Assembly (NCBI GenBank): GCA_964016885.1
Contig: OZ024743.1
Location: 14,260,001-14,324,000, forward strand
Source: Eledone cirrhosa
Taxonomy: Eukaryota
Length of the DNA stretch: 64,000 nt
Reading direction: 5' to 3'
Part shown: one piece after another, positions 1 through 12,399 of the stretch
Layout of the letters: each line of letters starts with the position of its first letter
How positions within the stretch are numbered: the stretch's first letter is position 1
Program-made: the position numbers and the translations under genes
The notes under the pieces: generated by a model
What the model saw: the letters and a program-made list of their open reading frames with translations, nothing else
The model's database searches: none
What the model was told of the DNA's origin: nothing

Positions 1-509
1 ATATTTATATACATATATATGCATACATTTACCTATGTATATAGCGTTTTTTGGTAAGGAGAAAATTTTGTCTCCAGATTTTATTATCTAGGGAGATTAA
101 ATACAACAGCTCTGGCTGAAAGCTGACCAGGTTCTCAGTCTCATCAAACACCAACGCCGGCCTTTGTGTATATTTATGTGTATGTATGTATGTATGTGTG
201 TATGTATGTATGTATGTATGTATGTATGCATGCGTGTGTATGATTGTATGTATGTATATGTATACACCCACACCTTTCATCACCATTGCTTCTTTTTCTT
301 ATCGTTTCTGTTGTTCTTGTAACTGTTGTAAGAGTTGAAGTTGTCCTTATTTTCATTTTTTTTATTACTTTGGTGTTTCTTTTATCTCCCTAGGGAATTC
401 GTTGACTAATTGATTTAATTTATTTTCTTCGTTTTCTTCATTAAAATGCATTCACACTGGCTGTCTATGAGACGTACAAATATCGCTTATAAAACTTACC
501 TAAGTAAAT

Positions 510-618
510 ACCCTTCCAGTGCCCCCCTAGCGCCCCTCAAAGTTTCAAACGCCCCTTGCTCCAAAATCTCCACCACCCTGGAGATCCGAAACGCCCCCCG
601 CTGAGAACCTTTGCTCTA
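510..618 (-). mobile_element. Possible hAT/Charlie-type DNA transposon terminus
   Basis: Minus strand begins TAGAG-CAAAGGTTCTCAGCGGGGGGCG, resembling the CAGTGGTTCTCAA terminus of Charlie/MER5-type elements. No partner TIR found. Confidence 0.35.
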
Positions 619-666
619 AAGGTATGTGTGGGTGTGTGTGTGTGTGTGTGTATGTGTGTGTGTGTG

Positions 667-735
<69 letters not shown>

Positions 736-771
736 TTGTGTTGAGAATGTTGAGAAATGACATATGACTTG

Positions 772-1335
772 ATATATATTAGGAAAATGAGAAAACAGTA
801 GATAATGCTAATGGGATTTTCTCCTAGAATAACATCAAAACATTTATTTATAATAAAAGGCCAATTAATCGAACGGGTTTCAGCCAAAAGTTGTTTAGGC
901 GTCTTCAGGCTATAGGAAATGTGAGTAAAAATTGTATAATAAAATTAAGGTGTATATTCATAAGAAAAGATAGCTTAAATACATTTAAAAGAGCCTCACA
1001 TTTTCGTTTATCTCTTTCCCTCTCCTCCTTGTTTTGTTACTTATTATTCTCTGACTATTTGTTTACTACAATTACAGTGGTAGTTAACAGCCAATCAGGC
1101 AGTAACAAGGAAGAAACCAAGAAGGTCACACAGAGAGAAAAAGAAAAACGAAAATGTGAACTGTTTTAAATGTATGTAAATTATGTTTTCTTATTAATAT
1201 GCACCTTAATGTTATTATACAATTTTTACTCATATATCCTGTAGCATGACGAAGCCTAAACAACCTTAGGCTTATGAGAATATCCCATTAGCATTTTCAA
1301 CTGTTTTGTTTTATTTTCCTAATATATATATATAT
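772..1335. mobile_element. Diverged foldback of a PLE pseudo-LTR with degenerate hammerhead
   Basis: Arms are diverged reverse complements (e.g. GAGTAAAAATTGTATAAT vs ATTATACAATTTTTACTC). Minus strand 868-912 reads CTGAAGA-cGCC..GGCt-GAAACCCGTT. Both ends abut (TA)n. Confidence 0.6.
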
Positions 1336-1513
1336 ATATTAGAAAGTGAAGTTCTTTTACAAAATGTTTTTTCTCAGATGTGAGAAAAACCACAGACCCT
1401 CCATCGCAACTCTACTTTTGAAGAGCATAACTGCGAAACCGATAAAGGAACGAAATAAATATATATATTTAAAAAGAAAAGACTCCAGTTGCATTTTCGA
1501 TTTCATATTTTTT

Positions 1514-1549
<36 letters not shown>

Positions 1550-1959
1550 TCAGACGTATAATATATATATATATATTATAAGTGTGAGTTTTATGCTTAT
1601 ATAATCTGTAAAATAAGCCTCTAGCAAATAGCACCCCGTTTGAAATATTTAACATAATTCTCCAAGTGTTCAGTGCATACGAGTTTGCAAACATTAAAAG
1701 GTCTGCTTAACACATATTCCATTTGTAATATATAAATAATGGATTCTGCTATTTAATTCTTTTGAAAATATCGCAAAAATATATAATGTTTACCGTATTC
1801 CGCTAGAGGGATTCGAATAAAAAGAAAGGTAAATAATGGAAGACTGAATGTAGATTGGGGTTGTGGTGGACTGGGACTAACGTAAACAAATTGAATAAGG
1901 ATAAACAGAAGAGCTTTTAATATTTGAATATATAGCACATGTGTATATAACGATGCCAC

Positions 1960-2012
<53 letters not shown>

Positions 2013-4934
2013 ATATATATATATATAGAAATAATTACACCTGTATTGTTCCACGCTCTCGAATTAAAAAGGGTTTTCATTTTGGTTGTGTGGAAAAGTA
2101 ATATGCATTACATGAGTATTAGACTAAATCTACGTGGATCATCTTTTAATTCGGCGCTGATAATACACTGAATTGTTTTTTCATAAAATGGTATATAATT
2201 TTCGACACATTTCAGAAATTGTATATTATTTAACATGTTATAAGAAAGGTGTTTCTTTTTCCTATAAGGGTCTCTTCAGCTTAAAATGAAATTTAAATGT
2301 TACTTCCATTCTTATGTTAACTAGAATTGCCAAGAATCTTCCATTTGGTTTTTAGTTGTCTTCAATACTATATGTACGTGTACCTCGACAGTTTCCTATG
2401 ATTTCTAAATGTATATCAAATGAAATTTATCAAATACGGTATCAAAAGTCCACGCAAACCGTAAACCATTATGTCATTATTTACATACAAAGAAATATAA
2501 TGTAGGCACACGAAGGCAAAACCTAATTAAGATTAAATAGTATATACACAAATATACATGTAAAAATAAGATTAACTACGTAAACAGATTTGCAAAGACA
2601 TTTAACAAAATGAAGATCTACCTATCTATGATTGTCTCTATGAATGCCTCTGTTGTTTTAAGCTAACGCAAAGAAAGAAAATATGCAGAGACAGAAAGAA
2701 ACAAGAAAGAAAAGATAATGACTTAACATTATCACTTACCTCTCTCAAGGCATTTCGGTAAAGTATCAGTCAAATTATTAGATGAAGAATCCTTTTGAAC
2801 ATTTGCTTCTCCTAAACATAAACTAAATTTCGTCCAAACGGGTCAAATCTGCTATACTATCACCAATCGATATGTTCCTTTAATATCTACTTTAATGTAA
2901 AAAGGATACATTTCTACAGGTTGAAAGTAAACATTACACACTTGTTAACTCCTATTTCCTTTTTATAATTACAACTTCGAGGCAAATATATTTAATTTTC
3001 TTGGGTTTCAAAGCAAATAGGATAAAATAAAACTAAATTACTTAGCAATACGCGTTTCAAACGCGAACTTGAATTAAACCCCCAAATTTCTTAGAATCTC
3101 TGTTTCAGCACCAACACACCGAGGGAAATACCATATCAATAATCTTTCTCTGTATTCCTGTCCTAACATGTTTTAATATTTATATTACTTCCTTCGTAAA
3201 AACATACTTCTGCTAAAAACACACTGAATCAAAAAGATATTGGTTCACAGCTAGATGCAAAAGATGCATACCTGAATCTACATTGCTTAGTCTTATTTTA
3301 GATTTTGTTATCGTCTTACCGACGTTTTATATAGTGATGTCAATGCGATTAAGCTTGCTAACGTCACATTCATTACTCTTCATCTCCAAACACTTCGGAT
3401 AGATTTTTGTGCAGAAAAACCTCGAAATGACCGTAATTAGGATAAGATGTATCACCAATAGGCCTACAATATCCACACATCTGCCTAATTAGGCCTATTC
3501 TACTAAGCTTTCTTATGCCCCCTCGATAGCAAAATAACAGGAGGATAAATATAAATATAAAGGAGCGAACTACAAGTCCATCCCATTGGTATGCCCATGC
3601 CCTGTCTCTAAGAATTCCTTGCGAATGTAACGTAAGAATTATTTACTACTAACGGAAGAGCCAGTACGCGTTTATCCTTTGTATAATTAGTGTATCCGTT
3701 GTACCAACACAAGACATAGAAGCTCAAGCCATTACTGAAGTAAATATACATAAATTTATTAAATTAACCAGCTGTTTATCAGTGAAATCCAACTGTAAAC
3801 TATTGTAAGTCATACACGTGCATTGTTTTTATAATCCTTATTCTACTCAATTTAGTTTACACTCATTAGTAGATTCGAAACACCACCTCATATTCATTTC
3901 ACTATTTACAGGAACTGCTTCAAATATCTATTAAAAGTTATAATTAACATCACATAATAACCCACTAGCTAAAACCCCAGGTATTATTCTTTTCCATATT
4001 ATAATGAAATTGCTGCATTATCTGCTGTTGTTATTATGTACTTATTGTACAATACATTTAAACATTGTTTCACTTCGGGCCACTTAATTATAGACAAGCA
4101 GTACGTCATCGTATTCCACCCTCTTAATACACTCTTTACCAAGTTAACAACTCTCCCTTCCATTTCCCAAACACACCTCAATTGCCAACCAAATTTCAGG
4201 CCTAATCTAACTATGAAATCATCGATTGATTCCAACACTAACTTATTAACCATGTTCATACAAATTCCTTAAATTACGTAATTACGTTCTATACACCCTG
4301 GTAAAAAAAAAAATAAACCTTCTACCATCGCATAAACTTCCGCAAGCTTTCCTAAATATCTCGGCTTTACTATTTATTGGAGACTTATTTTAGGTCGATA
4401 TGATAAACTGAAGCACATCTCTCTATCCAGTATCTCCTCCAGCAGACATCCATGTAATTTCCTATTGCTAAAAATCGAATTAAAATCCAACCTATCTAGC
4501 GATTTACTAAATGGAATCCTTTGAAATTTCTATCCTAATAATTATTGATTTCTTCTGGTGCAGAAACTATTTATCGGAAAACTAACCTTGGGTACCCTTT
4601 CTTCACAGCTTCTCATCAAATTGTAAAATCCCCGAATCCATTGAGTTCCACCAGCTTCTTCCACACATTTTCCGTCTCACTCTCACCTTTCTTAATTTTC
4701 TTAAATTTTCTCTATTCCTATCTGCATTCTTTAATATTATACGAGAACCCACTATTCGATCATTCAACCCTAGCGGGTTCACACTGCAGTATACACTTAT
4801 CCAGTTTTGGCCCGTAGTTCCTGTCCAATAGTAGGTCCTTCCTCTTGAATTTGGTCAATGATATGGATCTTGCCACAACAGAAGCCAACCCAACCATACA
4901 TACATAATAGACACACACACACACACACACACAC

Positions 4935-5135
<201 letters not shown>

Positions 5136-5202
5136 TAAACGGAATAGAAAATGCTGACAAATTGTTCACAGTTGAAGCTTGTGTGTTACACCTCTATTCT
5201 TT

Positions 5203-5251
<49 letters not shown>

Positions 5252-5749
5252 GGAGTGTAAATTGGAGTTACTGTAGGTTCATCCGGGTGAGCACACGATG
5301 TCTAGGTTCACTTCAGTGTCGGGGTTTAGAGCTAGACGGAGTGTATTATAGTGAAATAAGATAACAAGGACGATCGGTTAGTCTTTCATTCCGATATATA
5401 TATGGGGGGGGGGGGTATGTGTGTGTGTTATAAGAACTAACAACAGACTAAAGTTTAAGCAATGAATCGCTGCTTTCAACCTTAACGGGATCTTCGGATT
5501 TTAGTCTTCATATTTATTATTACTATATATATATATATCGAAGGAAATGTGGTAAAGAACCAGATGGACCCTAATGCACCAAAGTACTCAATACTTAGGG
5601 TAGTAGAGTGGGTAACAGGAATGAGTAGGAGCCCGACGGCTGAGCTCAAGCCGTTTCGACGGCTAATTCTGGACTGAATTTCGACGGCTAATTCGCGTCC
5701 AGAATTAGCCGTCGAAACGGCTTGAGCCAGCCGTCTGGGTCCTACTCGT

Positions 5750-5816
<67 letters not shown>

Positions 5817-5857
5817 GAGAGTAAAACAAAGAATCCTTTAATACATCAACAGTTTTT

Positions 5858-5902
5858 ATTAGCCGACAATGTTTCGTCCTATTAAGGACTCATCAGGGCA
5901 AT
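5858..5902 (-). ncRNA. Type I minimal hammerhead ribozyme, canonical core
   Basis: Minus strand ATTGCC CTGATGA GTCCT taat AGGAC GAAA CATT GTC GGCTAAT, overlapping AATAAA. Confidence 0.9.
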
Positions 5903-6108
5903 CAAAACAACAAGAGGTAATTTCGGCAGATACAAGCCAGAAACTCTGAAGAATATGGAGTTTACATACACTAATGTCTTACAAAGATAATGTCTTACAT
6001 ATATATATATATATATGTATAACAAAGATGGTGTGGTAAGATACCAGGTGGACCATAACGCACCAGAGTACTCAATATTCCTATTTCCTATATATATAGT
6101 TGTGTGTG

Positions 6109-6140
<32 letters not shown>

Positions 6141-6147
6141 TCCGTGC

Positions 6148-6198
<51 letters not shown>

Positions 6199-6371
6199 TT
6201 TGTGTGTTTGTTTGTTTGTTTGTTTGTTTGTTTCAAGAATAAACGCGAAAAATTCAAAGAAAGAAAACCACAAAGTATTATTAGGTTCCCGCTTGTAATG
6301 ATGAAAATAGTTAAAAAGTAAAAATCAAGACGTAAATGAATCTCAACGTATCGGTATCGGTCCTAATTATA

Positions 6372-6551
6372 TAATTGTTTCTACTTCTGGCACAAGGCCA
6401 ACAATTACCCAGTGCATTACTGGTACTTTATTTGATCGACCCCGTAAGTATGAAAGACATATTTAACCACGATGGGATTTGAACTCAGACCGTAAAGGGA
6501 CATAACTATGCATGGCATCCGACCCTCTACCGATACTGCCAATCCACCGTC
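6372..6551 (-). mobile_element. tRNA-derived SINE, family 1, internally deleted
   Basis: Matches the copies at 10930, 11281, 30361 and 31118. A and B boxes on the minus strand. Confidence 0.85.
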
Positions 6552-6999
6552 GGTTGTATATGCGTCTTTGTATGTATGTGAGTAATTATTCCAAGCCGTA
6601 AAAAAGATGTAGCAGAAAAATTTTGTATATGAGTATAATTTTGATATGACAAATACTTTTATAATTTGGCACATAATCCAATGGAAGCATCACACATTAG
6701 CTAACTCATGTTGGTGGCGTTATCAACTTTTGTTTTTGGGCTCTAAGAAATATATACCCAATTTATTGGACTATATTTCATTGTCAACAACATGCAGTGT
6801 AATCGTTAAGACTCAGTGAATCTAATGTTCAAATCTCTCAATTTCTCTTTCCGTATATGTATAAAGGCATACATATACACACACACATGTTTGTGTGTAG
6901 TTGCTACACATGTGTATATATACACATATACATTATGTCGAATCATATTACAATTATTTCGCGGAATTAGTTCATATTCAATATGCCACTAAACATAAT

Positions 7000-8826
7000 T
7001 ATATATATATATATATTGATTTTTTATAGTGCAGAAGATTTTAACGGATGTATGCAAAGGATTATTTATTGTCTGTTAATTACCAATTGCTACATTGCTC
7101 TGATTCTATTCCAATTAATTTATATTGCTATTTCTTTCCACGACCGATAATGAGAGTTGATTGATTGAAATGGGATTAGATCAGACTTTGTTTCTCACTC
7201 GATATTTAATCTGTAAATATGGGAAATACATTAACCGATGTTGACAATTTCAAAACTAATTTTGGAATATATATTGTTTCAACACACTTATTGACAGTAC
7301 ATTTATACTATCTGATGAGTTTAATCACAATTTTGTGTATAAAATGCAAATAAAAATGGAAAATTATTGTTAGCTCATTTGTGGAGGATCAGTGTTGTTT
7401 GGCATTTAAAGGAATTCTACAATATAGCCTTATCAATGTGACAGAGTGCCAGAATCAGTAAATCACCAGATAAATTCAGCATGGTATCTAATTTTGTTAG
7501 TGTACTTTTACATGTGTTACTACACAACATAATCACTTATATTGTCCTTTCTTCTGGGTTTGATAAAATGAATACCCCTGGTTGACTTGAGTAAAATATA
7601 TTGGAAGGACTTATAATATATTTGTTGTCCTAAACCATATTCCACAAAATTAATCAATATTTTAGGACAATGTCTGTCGTTGTAAAAATATCAAAATATG
7701 AAGGGAATTAGAGAATGCATGTGTTGGAGACTGAACTCTATCAGATGTATTTTGTATAGATAATATTAGAAAAGAATAGGCAGTGCTTATATCCCCTTCA
7801 CTAATCCAAGAACCACAAATATTATGGCTTACACGTTTCTTTAATATAATTTTCTCTTCTTGATCAGTGTTTCAATTTAGAACGTATTTCAAAAAAATAA
7901 TACAGTCAAATGCCACCAATATGTGAAGACTATTTTTGTCTACTCCTCCTGCTTTTTAACTGAATCCAATATATCCATACAACTGTGAGGAATCTATTGG
8001 TAGCGATACAAATTAGGCCTTTTTGCACAATTTCAAATAGCTGGCATCCAATTTACGCGAATGCATTTGGTTATTACAACTATTATTAAGTTGTACTTTA
8101 ATGAACATATATACTTAAAGATTGAACATTTGTACAAACAACTATCCGTTTTATTTTCGAAGAATACTTAATCTTACCGTAGAATACTTGTAGAAATAAT
8201 TTTAACGGAGATAATTATTCTACATACTATTTCACTATTTGATCGGTATACATAGCATTCTGGTTTTCGTTCTAAAGGAAACGAACGAAATAGAGAGGAG
8301 TAAACAAATAAAGATGTGAAAACACAGAAATAAATAAAAACATATAGATAATTAGGATAAAGAAATAAAGAAAGGGAGATTGCTATCTCTTCCATCTTTC
8401 TATTTCAGCTGCGTCAGTTTGAATTGGCAAGACTACCTGCAGTGACAGTTTTGAATGCTTTGCCCGTAAACCAAATATCTTCTGTAGGATTTCATGTTTG
8501 ATAGATTTCTAAGCAAATGTAAACTTAGAAATTGTAAAGAGAATTTTCTTTCCAAGTCTTTTCACCAGAGAACAGCCAACAAAATAGCTGCATCGTTTAT
8601 TTCATGTGTCTTCAATTCATTCTTCGTATTCCTCTGCATTTATTTATCCAATCTAACATCGCTCATTTTCATTTTACCACCCTATATTATTCTGTTTCAA
8701 CATCCATTCCTCAGTGTGTAAATATAATTTCTAACTTTTGTATTCATGCCGACAATAATAGCATACAAATGCATTCATTCATTATAAACATGTTATTCAT
8801 GTACTCCCTCTAAAATGTTCATATAT

Positions 8827-8895
<69 letters not shown>

Positions 8896-10400
8896 TACAG
8901 GCACATGTGTGTGTGTGTGTACACTAGTGCGATATTGTTATAAGATGCCGACTATCCAGGATTGCGTATTCATGTCTCCATTCAGGAACCGATGATGCAA
9001 TTAGGTTCAAGAACTCAGCTTCATCTGTATCAATTTCATTTTACTTATCTTTCCATAATTATATATACTTAGAAATAATTATTTTTTGCCCATGGCAAGA
9101 GGAAGGCCGCTCAAAGCTGGGGATACGCTATTGTGTGTCGTTCTTATCCATGTAAGCGTATTATACATTAAGCGTATTAGTATCATCATTTTATCCCGTG
9201 TTCCCCTTAACCAACTATTTACATTTGTTCCAATATGTTTCTATTTTGTATGAAGCTTGTATATGTGTTGGCACTCTTCGTGTTATTCTTAAACAATAAT
9301 CTTCTTTTGACAAATTTTACTGCCATATTTAGTAATTCCTAAAGGGCATATTTCCAAGACGATTTGTGTAACATCATGATTTTTATATCGCCCATTTCTT
9401 TCTACGAAAGTCTTTCAGAATTAGAAATACTGCGCTTAAGATCCAAGTACATCTTACTTTTACTTATGTAATTTTATTTACATTTCGGCAGATTCATCAG
9501 TGAAATTCCTTTAAATAGTTTTCTTCAAAGTTGGCCAGTTTTCCGACACGTAGCCGTATTCCATATCGAAGGCATTCTCATAAATATGAAGGGTTAAACA
9601 TAATGATTGCCTATATATTTCCTGTTTATCAACGATGTTTTGAAATTTAGGCACGATTGGTGGGAATTATGTGCACGCTGGCGCATAATTCACACATATC
9701 AGAGAAAAGTATGAAGGCTCTTTAATTCTTAAGAAATCTAATATCAAATATCCCGATGCTAGGAATTTTATTAACCTCATGCATTATTAAAATGATACAC
9801 TAGTTCCCTACAAATTGTTATTTCTCCTTCTTCAGACAACCTGATGAGCAATTCATCTTTGTCTGGTTCAGTTCCATTTTTCATAATTTTCAATATACTA
9901 CTAATCTCATCAATGAATATATTTATAACTTTTTTTTTCATGAACTATATTAATTTTTGAGACTATTATATATTTCGTCTCTGTGTATAATATTTCTAAA
10001 CTATGAATGAACTCTTCTGTTTAATCTATGACCTGACCATCTCTTGATATCACAGCAATGATGTCTATTTCCATAACAGATTTTTGTTAGCATTTTTATT
10101 TTGGAAATTATATTAGTTTTTACTGCATGCTATATGATATTCATATTTTATTTTCCCTCTGTTTTTAATGGATTCACCCATTTCACTATATTCTATAATA
10201 CTCGATGCTACATTTATTCTTTTTCCTACTTTTTCCTCCTTCTCTTCAACAAATTGTTTGTTCTTACCTTAGGCCATGTGTATGAAAATGTCAGCCATCA
10301 TTTTTAAATTAGTCTTCCAAATCTCTTTTGACTACCTACATAGTGTTTATATTCTTCTTTGGTATTTATTGGATTTTTTTTAAACGTTCGTTCATATTTC
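7000..10400 (-). pseudogene. Heavily decayed non-LTR retrotransposon RT remnants (L1/Tx1-like?)
   Basis: Only faint motif remnants on the minus strand (RP-LLN-KI-like near 9320-9360, QG-LS-LF-like near 7770-7805). Boundaries approximate and interrupted by other sequence. Confidence 0.3.
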
Positions 10401-10540
10401 TTAAAGCATGTGGTTAACGCTTCTGCTCTTCACAAATCCAAACGGTCATTTCTCTTAAACATTGAGATTTTCAGTTTCTTTTTATTTACATGAAAAAATA
10501 ATCAGTTTGACGTACATGAATCTTATGCTTCTACCACGAG

Positions 10541-10631
<91 letters not shown>

Positions 10632-10929
10632 GTTCAAGAGTAACCAATCTTAAAGAGAGAGATGGAGATAGTAGAGGAGATATGAGACGAGAGATTGGTG
10701 AGTTAGTTAGAAGCCAAAGCGTAAAGGCATGTGCTCAATGTGCAATATGCAGTAGAAAGCAGCTAGGTGGCTGGGTTCATGCAGACGTTAGGTGCGCAGA
10801 GCTGGAAATATTCATTAATTAAGCAAAACAAGACCACAAACTTCACAAGGAAGACATTATTCAAAGATTGTCAACATATTTTAGTTTGATGTAAGGAATG
10901 TAGAGAATAATAATAATAATAATATTAAT

Positions 10930-11120
10930 AATAATTGTTTCTACTTTAGGCACAAGGCCAGCAATTACCCAGTGCATTACTGGTACTTTATTTTATCGAC
11001 CGCGTAAGGATGAAAGGCAAAGTCAACCTCGGCGGGATTTTGAACTCGGATCGTAAAGGGACGTAACTATGCTGGAAAGCATGGCGTCCGACCCTCTACC
11101 GATAGTGCCAATCCACCGCC
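10930..11120 (-). mobile_element. tRNA-derived SINE, family 1
   Basis: Full-length copy with TSD ATATTAATAATAAT. Confidence 0.9.
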
Positions 11121-11139
11121 CATATTAATAATAATGTCC

Positions 11140-11260
11140 GTTTACAATTGTTTCGCTACTCCATATAATATTTCTGGATCAGATGACTATATATCATAAT
11201 TGATCTGGTTCAGTTGAAAATAATTAACATATTTAGAAAAACAGAGTGGCTCATCGGAAC
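11140..11260 (-). ncRNA. Hammerhead ribozyme with ~96-nt stem II domain (U4C core change)
   Basis: GTT CCGATGA GCCACTC...GAGTAGC GAAA CAATTG TA AAC, with palindromic stem III ACAATTGT. Confidence 0.7.
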
Positions 11261-11280
11261 TCAAAGGAATATAAATTAAA

Positions 11281-11469
11281 ATAATTGTTTCTACTTTTGG
11301 CACAAGGCCAGCAATTATCCCAGTCCATTACTGGTACTTTATTTTATCGACCCCGTAGGGATGAAAGGCAAAGTTAACCTCGGCGGGATTTGAACTCAGA
11401 ATGGCAAGGGTCGTAACTCTATGCGTCAAAGCATGGCGTCCGACCCTCTACCGATACTGCCAATCCACC
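11281..11469 (-). mobile_element. tRNA-derived SINE, family 1
   Basis: Near full-length copy with TSD ATAAATTAAAATAAT. Confidence 0.9.
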
Positions 11470-12184
11470 ATAAATTAAAATAATGGGATCATGTTACATA
11501 ATATAATGTTCCATATATTGGTTTTTACTATGGTGTATTGGTTGCATCAGCTGTCAGCCATAATCAAGTAGTATTCATCTGTCAAGGCTGCGTTGTGTGA
11601 GATCTGCCTATGGGTAACAGATGGCTGCCAAAGGGCATATTTACCTTACTAATTAGAGGGTGGTTTCAGGGGAAGTAACTTCTCGAGAGATTAGAGATTG
11701 TGAGTATTTATAGGTAAGTGCTAGTTTTTAATTTGAGTAGGGGAGGTAACTTATAATTATCGAGTTGTTCACAGCAATTTAACTTATTAGCTACAAGTAG
11801 AAATGGGGCTACATGACTAAGTTGGGTCAAAAACTCTATTGGCGAAGGAATTAGCCCTTCGATGTTGACAGCTAATGGTTACCTCCGTTCTATCGTTAAT
11901 CGGTAGAGGTCGTGATAGAGTTATGTAATATGCTTCCGTAACACAGAGATCACAAGATTTTCTTCGTCCATTGAACGGTTGGGCCCTAGCCACGATATCC
12001 CATTTTAGTGAGTGTTGAATGTTGTTTAATTTAAGGTTTTTAATTTAACAATTGTAACCGGACATTATTATTATTAATATTATTATTATTATTCTCTACA
12101 TTCCTTACATCAAACTAAAATATGTTGACAATCTTTTAATAATGTCTTCCTTGTGAAGTTTGTGATCTTGTTTTGCTTAACTAA

Positions 12185-12241
<57 letters not shown>

Positions 12242-12326
12242 CTGCAAATACATACTGTTCATAATTGTATCACGTCTAAATATATGTATTTAATACTGTG
12301 CTGATATATATATATATATACAGAGT

Positions 12327-12399
<73 letters not shown>

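Larger units (their letters stand above)
10627..12190 (-). mobile_element. 5'-truncated Naiad-like PLE with 5' inverted segment and two nested SINEs
   Basis: Minus 12044-11817 translates as ...LKWDIVARAQPFNGRRKSCDLCVTE...INDRTE...CQHRR...*, homologous to the C-terminus of ORF 61560-62228. HHR at 11140-11260. 12047-12190 is an inverted copy of the tail. Both ends at (TA)n. Confidence 0.85.

Noticed and set aside
2900-4850. Possible ancient LINE remnant (similar texture at ~13000-14300)
   Set aside because: Strand-biased composition suggests decayed coding DNA, but no motif could be read confidently.
7312-9850. Isolated CTGATGAG matches at ~7312 and ~9841 (also ~32226)
   Set aside because: No stem II plus GAAA plus NUH arrangement on that strand; expected by chance.
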